A stretch of DNA of 54,208 nucleotides from an uncultured Muribaculaceae bacterium. Lineage in GTDB: Bacteria; Bacteroidota; Bacteroidia; Bacteroidales; Muribaculaceae. Made by a program: the position numbers and the translations under genes. The notes beneath the pieces are model-generated. The model was not told where the DNA came from, ran no database searches, and saw nothing but the letters and a program-made list of their open reading frames with translations. Location: contig CALHWU010000164.1 in the NCBI GenBank assembly GCA_938039795.1, positions 1 through 54,208 on the forward strand. The letters are read 5' to 3'. Of the stretch, positions 38,198 to 47,147 are shown one piece after another (positions within the stretch are counted from its first letter, which is position 1; each line of letters begins with the position of its first letter).

Positions 38198-38242
38198 AAT
38201 TTGTCGCTGTCGCGGAAAATTAGTATTTTTGCACGCATCGTT

Positions 38243-39172
38243 ATGGAAGAGACAATCATTTCCCCCGTTTCCACGGATCTCATAGAGTCGGAGCTGACTC
38301 AGGAGAGGCTGCTCCGCCCCACCAACAAAGGCCACAACCTGATATACGTAGTCGACGCCCACACCGCGCCATGGACCATGCGCGAGATCGGACGGCTGCG
38401 TGAGATCTCGTTTCGCGCAGCGGGAGGTGGCACAGGCAAAGAATGCGACATCGACGAATTCGATATCATGACGCCCCCCTGCCGCCAGCTTCTCGTATGG
38501 GATCCCGAAAGCCGGCAGATACTCGGCGGATACCGCTATATCACCGGCAAGGATATCGCCATACAGCCCGACGGCTCCCCCCGCATCGCCACAAGCCACA
38601 TGTTCAGCTTCTCCCCGCGTTTTCTCAAGGAATACCTGCCCTACACCATCGAGCTTGGCCGCTCGTGGGTAAGACCCGAGTACCAGTCGTCAAAGGCCGG
38701 ATCGAAAGCCCTGTATGCCCTCGACAATCTGTGGGACGGCCTCGGAGCGCTGACCGTGGTGCATAAGGAGATAAAATATCTTTTCGGAAAAGTGACGATG
38801 TATCCGGGTTACAACCGCGAGTGCCGCGACATGATACTGTATTTCCTCCGGCGCCACTTTCCCGATCCCGACGGACTGGTCAGGCCGATCACTCCGCTTG
38901 AGGACACATCCGACACCGACCGCATGGCCGCGCTGTTCACCGGCTCGACATTCCACGACGACTACCGCATACTCAACCACGAGATACGAGCCCACGGCTT
39001 CAACATCCCGCCTCTGGTCAACGCCTACATGAGCCTTTCGCCTACGATGAAAATGTTTGGAACGGCGATCAACCATGAGTTCGGCGAGGTGGAGGAGACA
39101 GGGATATTCTTCGTGATCGACGAGATATTCGAGGAAAAGAAAAAACGCCACATAGGCACATACCACGAATGA
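38243..39172 (+). CDS. GNAT (acetyltransf_5/OlsB-type) N-acyltransferase, GlsB/ChoA-like glycine-lipid synthase
   Basis: MEETIISP.., REIGRLREISFRAAGGGTG, DIDEFD, LGGYR, ELGRS, LDNLWDGLGAL, IPPLVNAY; TATTTTTG at 38224-38231. Confidence 0.8.
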   Translation: MEETIISPVSTDLIESELTQERLLRPTNKGHNLIYVVDAHTAPWTMREIGRLREISFRAAGGGTGKECDIDEFDIMTPPCRQLLVWDPESRQILGGYRYITGKDIAIQPDGSPRIATSHMFSFSPRFLKEYLPYTIELGRSWVRPEYQSSKAGSKALYALDNLWDGLGALTVVHKEIKYLFGKVTMYPGYNRECRDMILYFLRRHFPDPDGLVRPITPLEDTSDTDRMAALFTGSTFHDDYRILNHEIRAHGFNIPPLVNAYMSLSPTMKMFGTAINHEFGEVEETGIFFVIDEIFEEKKKRHIGTYHE

Positions 39173-39185
39173 GATCCCCGCAGGC

Positions 39186-39731
39186 ATGACCGACCCCACT
39201 CCACACACACATTCGCCATACCGCCGAGGAGCCGACGACGGCTTTGTCTTCGGACTCTATCTGTCGGCCATGTTTCTGGCCATGGCTCTGGCTGCGCGCA
39301 TGCCGCTGCTGGGACTTGTGTCGTTCGTGATGTGTTTCGGGGTGCCGGTATTCATCTATCTGCGGCTCCGGCGCTCTTTCACGGCCGACAACGGACACAC
39401 CCTGCTGTCGTCGCTGTGGATGCAGGGTATCGTGACATTTGCCTGCGGCTCGCTGCTAGCGGGGGCTGTCGCCACTGCCTATCTCAAATGGATAGAGCCC
39501 GACTTCATCATCGACCGTCTGCACGAGGCCATAGATTTCTATTCCGGATCAGGCTGGTCGAGAGGTGAGGAAGTAGCCGCCACACTGCAGCGCATGATCG
39601 ACATGCACCTCGTGCCGTCGGCTGTCGCTATAGTAGTGGAGTTCATATGGCTCTCAGTGTTTTCCGGATCCCTGCTGTCGCTCCTTATGGCCCTGCTGGC
39701 CCGGTCAAGACCGGTCAGACACAAATCATAA
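39186..39731 (+). CDS. DUF4199-like membrane protein
   Basis: Four TM segments with YLKWIEPDF motif; precedes GT2, as recalled for other Bacteroidales. Confidence 0.65.
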   Translation: MTDPTPHTHSPYRRGADDGFVFGLYLSAMFLAMALAARMPLLGLVSFVMCFGVPVFIYLRLRRSFTADNGHTLLSSLWMQGIVTFACGSLLAGAVATAYLKWIEPDFIIDRLHEAIDFYSGSGWSRGEEVAATLQRMIDMHLVPSAVAIVVEFIWLSVFSGSLLSLLMALLARSRPVRHKS

Positions 39732-39756
39732 ACCGTAACACAGACACTTACCGACA

Positions 39757-40722
39757 ATGGATATAAGCGTAATTGTACCGCTCTACAACGAAGCCGAGTC
39801 GCTTCCGGAGCTTGAGGCATGGATAGCGCGCGTGATGGCCGACCACAGCTTCAGCTATGAGATACTTTTCATCAATGACGGCTCCACCGACGATTCCTGG
39901 GAGGTGATACGCCGTCTGGCCGAAAAGAATCCGGCCGTGAAAGGAGTAAGTTTCCGACGCAACTACGGAAAATCGCCGGCGCTCAACACCGGTTTCGTGC
40001 GCGCACAGGGCGACGTGGTCATAACAATGGACGCCGACCTGCAGGACTCCCCCGACGAGATACCGGCGCTCTACGACATGATCAAGCGCGAAGGCTATGA
40101 TCTTGTGAGCGGATGGAAACAGAAACGCTACGATCCGCTGTCGAAAACCATACCGACCAAACTCTTCAACGCTACCGCCCGGCGCGTCAGCGGCATACAC
40201 AATCTGCACGACTTCAACTGCGGACTGAAAGCCTACCGCAACAAGGTGGTGAAACACATCGAGGTCTACGGCGACATGCACCGCTATATACCCTATCTGG
40301 CCAAAAATGCCGGATTCACCCGCATCGGCGAGAAAGTGGTGCACCATCAGGCTCGTAAATACGGCAAGACCAAATTCGGCCTCGACCGGTTTGTCAACGG
40401 TTATCTTGATCTGGCCACGCTGTGGTTCACCAACAAGTTCGGCATCAAACCGATGCATTTCTTCGGACTTCTCGGCTCGCTGATGTTCATTATCGGCTTC
40501 GTGGCCGCAGCGGCCGTCGGAATAATCAAGCTTTACCACATGCACTCCGGCCAGGCATATACGCTTGTCACCGACTCGCCCTACTTCTACATATCGCTCG
40601 TCACGATGATACTCGGCACCCAGCTGTTTCTCACCGGATTTCTCGGCGAGCTGATAGTCCGCAACTCCCCGCGACGCAACGATTACGAAATCGAGGAGGA
40701 ACTCCGCACCGACAAACGATGA
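39757..40722 (+). CDS. GT2 polyprenyl-phosphate glycosyltransferase (ArnC/GtrB-like)
   Basis: ISVIVPLYNE, NDGSTD, RNYGKS, MDADLQD, HDFNCG, two C-terminal TMs. Confidence 0.9.
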   Translation: MDISVIVPLYNEAESLPELEAWIARVMADHSFSYEILFINDGSTDDSWEVIRRLAEKNPAVKGVSFRRNYGKSPALNTGFVRAQGDVVITMDADLQDSPDEIPALYDMIKREGYDLVSGWKQKRYDPLSKTIPTKLFNATARRVSGIHNLHDFNCGLKAYRNKVVKHIEVYGDMHRYIPYLAKNAGFTRIGEKVVHHQARKYGKTKFGLDRFVNGYLDLATLWFTNKFGIKPMHFFGLLGSLMFIIGFVAAAAVGIIKLYHMHSGQAYTLVTDSPYFYISLVTMILGTQLFLTGFLGELIVRNSPRRNDYEIEEELRTDKR

Positions 40723-41270
40723 AACGCCGCCCCACCATACTCTCCGCCGCCATCACGGCCGCTCTGGCGATGATTGCCGCAGCCGGATGCAATTCGTCAG
40801 GATGTCTCGAAAACCAGAGCAGCATACCGCTCGCCGGCTTCTATTCGTCGGGCACCGACGAGCGCGTGGTCATCGACTCCATCAAGGTCTACGGCCTCGG
40901 AGCGCCGGGCGATTCGTCGCTGACTGCCTCGATACGCGCATCGCAGGTATATCTGCCGCTGAGATCGTCGACCGACGTGACCTCATTCTGCTTCCGTTAC
41001 CTCCAGAAAGATCTGGACTTACCGGAGCTGATCGACACTCTCACGCTCGAATATGACTCGGAGCCGCGCTTCGTGTCGGAAGAGTGCGGCGCGATGTATT
41101 TCTATCACGTGCGCCGCCTTGCCTACACGCGCCATCTGATCGACTCGGTGGCGATGCCAGACTCGCTGATCAACAACGTCGACATCGAGCGCCTCAAAAT
41201 TTATTTCCTCACTCAGGATGTCGACGACACTCCCGGAGCCGATCCTGACCAGCCCGACGAAGAGCCATGA
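40719..41270 (+). CDS. Hypothetical lipoprotein, DUF6452-like
   Basis: ATGA overlap with GT2; MKRRPTIL..AAAGC lipobox; PRFVSEECGAMY motif. Confidence 0.65.
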   Translation: MKRRPTILSAAITAALAMIAAAGCNSSGCLENQSSIPLAGFYSSGTDERVVIDSIKVYGLGAPGDSSLTASIRASQVYLPLRSSTDVTSFCFRYLQKDLDLPELIDTLTLEYDSEPRFVSEECGAMYFYHVRRLAYTRHLIDSVAMPDSLINNVDIERLKIYFLTQDVDDTPGADPDQPDEEP

Positions 41271-42142
41271 GACGCCTTATCACACTACTGCTGATAGCGG
41301 TGGCCGTCATGACGGTTACCGACACGGCTATGGCGCAGCGGCGCATCAATCCGGTAAAACAGCCCTCGCCGACGCAGCTGCGCAAAGCCAAAAAGCCCTC
41401 CGATCCCGACAAGAGCCGTCTGGCCGAACGGCTCGACGCGCAAGGCAATATCGTACTCGTCGATACCGTCACAGGACTTGAATATGTCGACACCACCGCC
41501 GTGGCCGGCCATGTGGTGGGCAACATCTATCCACTGCTCCACGGCGTCACCATAGGACTCGACATCTGGGATCCGGTCATGCGCCTGATCGGACAGGACT
41601 ACGGAGGCGCTTCGGCATGGGCCACCGTCAATCTCCACAACCGTTTCTTCCCGCGCTTCGAGATGGGCCTGTCGCAGGCCGATATCACCCCCGACGGCAT
41701 GAATTTTACATTCAAGAGTCCGATGGCTCCTTTTTTCAAAATCGGCTGCGGCTACAACATCTTCTACAACTCCAATCCCGACTACCAGCTCATCTTAGGC
41801 GCCAACTACGGATTCACGCCGTTCTCCTACACGATCGAAAACGTAAAACTGCTCTCTGACTACTGGCCCGGCGAGACCGATCTGACATTCCCCAAGACCT
41901 CTACCACGGCCGGCTACTTCGAGCTGACCGCCGGCATAAAGGTGAGAATCGTGAAAAACATCTCACTCGGATGGACCTTCAAATACCATACCGTAATCCA
42001 TGAGGGCCGCTCGACGGTGGGTAAACCGATCTATATCCCCGGATTCGGAAAAAGAGGCAATCCGATCACCGGCGCATTCTCGGTAATGTACACGTTGCCG
42101 CTGAACAAAGCAGTGCTCCCGAAAGTTGATAAAGAAGATTGA
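41267..42142 (+). CDS. Outer-membrane beta-barrel protein, DUF6048-like
   Basis: Signal peptide; amphipathic strands, NLHNRFFP, YIPGFGK, terminal YTLP. Confidence 0.65.
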   Translation: MRRLITLLLIAVAVMTVTDTAMAQRRINPVKQPSPTQLRKAKKPSDPDKSRLAERLDAQGNIVLVDTVTGLEYVDTTAVAGHVVGNIYPLLHGVTIGLDIWDPVMRLIGQDYGGASAWATVNLHNRFFPRFEMGLSQADITPDGMNFTFKSPMAPFFKIGCGYNIFYNSNPDYQLILGANYGFTPFSYTIENVKLLSDYWPGETDLTFPKTSTTAGYFELTAGIKVRIVKNISLGWTFKYHTVIHEGRSTVGKPIYIPGFGKRGNPITGAFSVMYTLPLNKAVLPKVDKED

Positions 42143-42206
42143 ATCAACTGCGCCGGCATTTATGCCGGAGCCGTATCTCTTACCAACTGCAATACACACT
42201 ACTGCT

Positions 42207-42944
42207 ATGAAGAAAATCGTGATAATCGGAGCTTCCTCCGGCATCGGTCGCCGCATGGCTCTCGATTTCGCCCGGATCGGTTGCCGCGTAGGCATAGCCG
42301 CCCGGCGCTCCGCTCCGCTCGAAGAGATCAAGCATCTGTATCCGTCCGACGTAGCCGCCATGACCATCGACGTGACTGCGCCCGACGCTGTCAGGCGTTT
42401 CTACGATCTGATAGAGCTCATAGACGGCATGGACATATTCATCAATGCCGCAGGCCTAGGTTTCGCCGACCCGGATCTTGACGACGCGAAACTGTCGGCC
42501 ACACTGCGCACCAATGTGGAAGGCTTCGCACGGCTCACGGCCGCCGCCTACCGCTATTACCGCGATACCGCCAACGTCAGCCAGGGCCAGATCGCCGCCA
42601 TCACCTCGGTGGCAGGCACCAAGGGTATCGGAGTGGCAGCCGCCTACAGCGCGAGCAAACGTTTCCAGCAGACGTTCCTCAACGCGCTCGAACAGCTTGC
42701 CTACCAGCAGCAGGTCAACGTGGCTTTCACCGACATCCGACCGGGATTTGTCGACACTCCGCTCCTCGCCGAGGGACGCGACTATCCTATGCTCATGACC
42801 GTCGACCGGGTGGCTCCGCTTATCGAGACCGCTATACTGCGGCGCCGGCGCGTATACACCGTCGACTACCGATGGCGCGCGGTCAACGCGCTATGGCGCC
42901 TCGTGCCTCAACGCCTGTGGCGCCACATCGGCCTGAACTGGTGA
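42207..42944 (+). CDS. SDR family oxidoreductase
   Basis: IIGASSGIG, YSASK (YxxxK), DIRPGFVDT. Confidence 0.9.
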   Translation: MKKIVIIGASSGIGRRMALDFARIGCRVGIAARRSAPLEEIKHLYPSDVAAMTIDVTAPDAVRRFYDLIELIDGMDIFINAAGLGFADPDLDDAKLSATLRTNVEGFARLTAAAYRYYRDTANVSQGQIAAITSVAGTKGIGVAAAYSASKRFQQTFLNALEQLAYQQQVNVAFTDIRPGFVDTPLLAEGRDYPMLMTVDRVAPLIETAILRRRRVYTVDYRWRAVNALWRLVPQRLWRHIGLNW

Positions 42945-42948
42945 GCAG

Positions 42949-44316
42949 TCAGTCGGCACCGATCAGGCGCAGTATGTTTTCGGTAGCCACGCGGTACCCT
43001 TCGGGAGTGAAGTGGATGTAATCGCCGCCGTAAAGGCCGTCGCGTATGTCGCCGTTGCCGTCGGTAAACCACGACGTCGGATCGGCATAGCGCGCTCTGG
43101 CGAAGCTGTAGTCGCCAAGCAGCTGATGAATACGCTCGCACGCGTTCCTCCGGTCGCTCCCCTTCTCCTTGCCTGAAGGGTAAAGTCCGAGGAGCACTAT
43201 ATCAGTATCGGGAAACACTTTTTCGGCTTCCTCCGTCACGCGGATTATACCCTCTGCGATGTCTTCTGCACTGTTGCCGGCTATCAGATTGTTGACGCCG
43301 ATAGCGATGACCACATGACGCGGCGAGCAGACGTTGTAACGGTAGTGCTGCAGCCGCCAAAGCAGATTCTGCGTGCGGTCGCCCGAAATACCCGCACTTT
43401 CCCACTGCAGACCTGGCGCCAGCTGGTCCATGACGCTTTTGCCCGGCTTGTAGGTGACAGCCTTGCGGCTTCCGCCCCAGCCCTGTGTGATCGAGTTGCC
43501 AAGCAGCAGGAGATCAAGCTTGCGGCCGTCGAGTGTCAGCTGTATGTCGTCGGCCACCGAATGCCATTCACTGCCCTCGGTCCATCCGGCGGCAGATCTG
43601 AATTCATTGCCCGGCACCGGGTGCACGCATTCGTTCTCGTGTCCTGAAGCCGTATCGCGTGTCAGATACCGGCCTATGGCCTGAGCTATCATGCCGGCTC
43701 CTATTGATGAAGGATGCAGCCTGTCGGGCATAAGATGCGACTGCCATACGTCGCCGAAAAGATCATGAAGATTGATCACCTCCAGATCGTTGGCTCTGGC
43801 GACATCTCTGACTGCGGGCACTATCCGCCCGCTGATGAAGGCCGAATCTATTTCCGAATCCGCTGGCAGGAAACACCGTGTCGGTGTCATAAGAATAATA
43901 CGGGGACGGCTATCGAGCGCACGGTAGCTGTCGATGAGGGCCTGGAAATCAGAAGCGAATTCATCGAAATACTGTCGATTTTTAGGCTTGGAATCGTTGG
44001 TACCGAGCTTGATGAGAACTATGTCGGGATTGAATGCCAGTGACCGGGCATACTCACCATGCCGGGTGTAAGGCTTGTCGCCCTTGTTGAGGAGCGTCAG
44101 CGACGGATAGCTGAAGTTGCCCACCTCATATTCATCGCCAAGCCACGCCTGAAGCTGGGCCGGATAACTGTTGTGTTCCCTCCCGGGGATAAGATACCCA
44201 TAGGTGATACTGTTGCCCACGCAGGCGATCTTTGTCTTCGCCACTGCCTGCACGCCGCACAGCAGCATGGCAAGCATAATAATTACTGTTGATTTCGATG
44301 AATGTTTCATATGCAT
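42949..44316 (-). CDS. Secreted tandem SGNH/GDSL esterase (two domains)
   Basis: Signal peptide; domain 1 ACVGNSITYG/GTND/DRLH; domain 2 LGNSITQG/GISGD/GVNN/DYIH; start 44316 or 44310. Confidence 0.85.
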   Translation of the reverse strand: MHMKHSSKSTVIIMLAMLLCGVQAVAKTKIACVGNSITYGYLIPGREHNSYPAQLQAWLGDEYEVGNFSYPSLTLLNKGDKPYTRHGEYARSLAFNPDIVLIKLGTNDSKPKNRQYFDEFASDFQALIDSYRALDSRPRIILMTPTRCFLPADSEIDSAFISGRIVPAVRDVARANDLEVINLHDLFGDVWQSHLMPDRLHPSSIGAGMIAQAIGRYLTRDTASGHENECVHPVPGNEFRSAAGWTEGSEWHSVADDIQLTLDGRKLDLLLLGNSITQGWGGSRKAVTYKPGKSVMDQLAPGLQWESAGISGDRTQNLLWRLQHYRYNVCSPRHVVIAIGVNNLIAGNSAEDIAEGIIRVTEEAEKVFPDTDIVLLGLYPSGKEKGSDRRNACERIHQLLGDYSFARARYADPTSWFTDGNGDIRDGLYGGDYIHFTPEGYRVATENILRLIGAD

Positions 44317-44407
44317 CGGCTTTATACAGCAAAAATAATCATTATCCGTCAATTAAACATTCTTTTGCAAACAGTATCTCAAAAAACACACTAAATTTGC
44401 AAAGATT

Positions 44408-44434
44408 TGTAACCTGGTGCATCCATTGTGCGTC
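44408..44434 (+). promoter_or_regulatory. Candidate ECF-sigma promoter (TGTAAC-N17-CGTC)
   Basis: tgtaac-ctggtgcatccattgtg-cgtc 35 nt upstream of ATG 44470; TAAATTTG also at 44392-44399. Confidence 0.4.
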
Positions 44435-44469
44435 TTACAGTCAGATAAACCATAATCATCAATCCCGAT

Positions 44470-45618
44470 ATGACAATTCGCAACTATTTAGCCGGCGCTC
44501 TGGCGCTGATTCCGGCGCTCGCCCTGACCACAGGATGCTCGTCGTCCTCCGGAAATGCAGGTGACGATCTCCTCACTGTCGACATGCTCGCCGATATTGA
44601 CCGTCCCGACTTCGACGAAACCAGCGTGGCCGACGTCAGGTACTCGCTGCTCGACACTGCCTCCATAGCTCTGCTCGGCGAGAACTGCAATATCATGGGA
44701 GTTATCGGCGATACAGTGATCGTCCACGACATGACAATGATGGGCGACAACTCCCGACTGCTTCTTTTCGACGCCAACGACGGCCACCTCATCCGCTCGA
44801 TTCGCCATATCGGTCAGGGGCCGGGCGAATACCGCTGGATCATGAATGTGGTCACCGACCCCGACCGCGGAGACATCATCATGATGTGCAGCAATGGGAA
44901 AGCCCACCGCTACACCACCGGCGACCGCTATGTCGAAAGCTACGACATGAGCAAAAACCAGCATGGCGGAAAGCTTCCGATCGGTTCTGTTGAGCGAGGC
45001 ATTCACGAGACCGACGCCTACGACGGCAATCTTTATATCTATCAGTACGACGATCATTTCCAGCCCGTCGACACCCTGTTTTTCAAGGACTATGAGCCCA
45101 AATGGATATCGATAGCCTTCAATCTTTCCGGCAAGGAATCGATGATCAATATCGTGGATACAGTGTTCTCACTCGTTCCCGGCGAGATGCAGCCGGTAGC
45201 CGTCCTGTCGCGCGGGGCCAAGGCGCTCACGCCTGAAGTAGAGCGCAAGGTCTACATCGGACGCACCGATTACGAACAGGCTGAAAGAGACCGGCAGGGG
45301 TATATAGAGTTTCTGCGGTTCATCAACGACGGCCCGCGCTTCACAGTGACATACGCCTACGGGGGCCGAAACTATTTCGACACCTATTCGCGCAAATGCG
45401 GCAAGCTCATCTCACGCCGGTCGTTCTCCTACAGCGACGAGGACGCCGGCCTGCTTGTCCCTTACGGCGACCGCACGTTCCATCTCACAAACTATCCGTT
45501 CTACAGCGACGGCCGGTTTTATTCGATCGTAAGCGAAGAGGAGACTCTCGGCCCCGACGGCGAGCCGTCTGAGGAACTCAACCGCGCCTTGATATCATGG
45601 AAAGTGGAGGGCGAATAA
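44470..45618 (+). CDS. 6-bladed beta-propeller lipoprotein (Bacteroidales DUF5128-like)
   Basis: Lipobox LTTGC; RHIGQGPGEY signature; C-terminal ELNRALI. Confidence 0.75.
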   Translation: MTIRNYLAGALALIPALALTTGCSSSSGNAGDDLLTVDMLADIDRPDFDETSVADVRYSLLDTASIALLGENCNIMGVIGDTVIVHDMTMMGDNSRLLLFDANDGHLIRSIRHIGQGPGEYRWIMNVVTDPDRGDIIMMCSNGKAHRYTTGDRYVESYDMSKNQHGGKLPIGSVERGIHETDAYDGNLYIYQYDDHFQPVDTLFFKDYEPKWISIAFNLSGKESMINIVDTVFSLVPGEMQPVAVLSRGAKALTPEVERKVYIGRTDYEQAERDRQGYIEFLRFINDGPRFTVTYAYGGRNYFDTYSRKCGKLISRRSFSYSDEDAGLLVPYGDRTFHLTNYPFYSDGRFYSIVSEEETLGPDGEPSEELNRALISWKVEGE

Positions 45619-45648
45619 TTCCCTCCACTCTTCTCCTCTAAGCTGAAA

Positions 45649-46977
45649 TCAGAAAGAGAACTGCACCATAGCCCCCACGCGGCGTCCCCAGCGGTGACGT
45701 CCCGAAAAGTTGTGGCGCACACCGTAGTCGAACTCCACTCCGGCCTGCAGGCGCGGCACAGGATTCCACATCAGGTTGACATCGCCCATGATGCCATATT
45801 TATACTCTTCGGGATCCACCTGCTTCGAGGGCAGATAGCGGGTCTGGCTGATAGCGGCGCTGGCAAAGAGCGCCGGTGTGAAATTATACTGCAATCCCAC
45901 GCAATAGCCGAGCGAGGCCGGCATCTGCAGCTTCCCCGGAAGCTCGGGATCCGGCACAAGATCATAGTTGCCCATCTGCAGATCGCCGCCAGTGCCGGCG
46001 TATCCGCGGCCATAGTTGAAGCTCAGATAGGTAGTGATATTCCTCGTAGGATGCGCCACCGACGAAAGCATCATGCCCCAGCCGGCCTTGTAATGGTTGC
46101 GGCCGGCAAGCATATCACGGTAAGAAAGCGAGCGGACAATGCCTGAGAGTCGCACGTGGGCTGTCGGCCCCCACTGATACTGCACGAATGCGGCGCCGTC
46201 GGGGATCCAGTCGTCGACTGCCTCCGACTGTCCGTCGACTGTGGTCATATGCGTGTCAGGAGTCTCGGCTGAGACGGCAAATACCCACCGCCCGACTTTA
46301 GGCATCCATCTGACCAGCACGCTCGTATTGCTGATCTTGTTGTTAGGCCCCTGCGAATCGACAGTGGGAGGCACGGCCGCCGGATCGCTGAACGTCGAGG
46401 AGGCGTAGCCCACGGTGAAGTCATTGATTATCGCATATGCCTTTTTGAGATGAAAATCGCGCGAGGAGTATCCGTTGAAATTGGCCTCGATATACATCTG
46501 GCATACTCCGAATTTCTTACTGCGGCCTATCACTCTTAAGAAAAGTGTGGAACCGGCCGGAGTTGTGCCGAGATGCCTCATATTGGCCGGATCGCGGTCG
46601 ATAGGTATCAGATATGGCGCGAAAGCCGGAGTGGGCTGCGCGCCGTCCCAGTCGAAATAGCCACGCATCCTGACGCAGCCGCCCATGCCGGCCGCCAGCG
46701 TTGCATCCTTGCTCAGAAACATAAAATATGGAGCCTCGGGATCCTGGGAATGGCGGAACTGATCGTCGTAGAAAGCCTGTATGATAGCCCTGACAGAATC
46801 CTGCATTTCGGGAGAAGCGGTGTCGATATCCCTGCCTGCCATGAATACATGCTGCGAGGCGAGCAGTGAATCGCGCTGCTGATCGACAAGACTTTTAGTC
46901 TGCGCGCCGGCCATGAAAGCTGACGCTATCAGTATGGCCGTAGCGACAGACGAGCGGAGTGTGACGTTGAATGACAT
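45649..46977 (-). CDS. DcaP-like outer-membrane porin
   Basis: Signal peptide from ATG 46977; YIEANF, FHLKKAYA, STFSDPAAVPPTVD; terminal VQFSF. Confidence 0.65.
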   Translation of the reverse strand: MSFNVTLRSSVATAILIASAFMAGAQTKSLVDQQRDSLLASQHVFMAGRDIDTASPEMQDSVRAIIQAFYDDQFRHSQDPEAPYFMFLSKDATLAAGMGGCVRMRGYFDWDGAQPTPAFAPYLIPIDRDPANMRHLGTTPAGSTLFLRVIGRSKKFGVCQMYIEANFNGYSSRDFHLKKAYAIINDFTVGYASSTFSDPAAVPPTVDSQGPNNKISNTSVLVRWMPKVGRWVFAVSAETPDTHMTTVDGQSEAVDDWIPDGAAFVQYQWGPTAHVRLSGIVRSLSYRDMLAGRNHYKAGWGMMLSSVAHPTRNITTYLSFNYGRGYAGTGGDLQMGNYDLVPDPELPGKLQMPASLGYCVGLQYNFTPALFASAAISQTRYLPSKQVDPEEYKYGIMGDVNLMWNPVPRLQAGVEFDYGVRHNFSGRHRWGRRVGAMVQFSF

Positions 46978-47053
46978 AGTTTGAAACGTGTACAATGAGA
47001 ATAAAACTTGAGCGACATCGGTCATTAAATCCGACGGCGTCACTTATATTCTC

Positions 47054-47090
47054 AACAATAAGAATGGCGCGGTAGTTCCCGCGCCATCTT
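47054..47090 (-). terminator. Hairpin after argC (terminator), overlapping a GGAAC-N17-TGTT candidate ECF promoter for the porin
   Basis: atggcgcgg / ccgcgccat stem, then tcttattgtt on the minus strand; GGAAC sits in the loop. Confidence 0.55.
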
Positions 47091-47147
47091 AAGATTATTT
47101 CAAAAATGACTCATGCTGAACGTCACAGCATCCCTTCTCTCTGACGA

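Noticed and set aside
40422..40718. N-terminal extension of the DUF6452-like ORF
   Set aside because: Overlaps GT2; the signal peptide begins at ATG 40719
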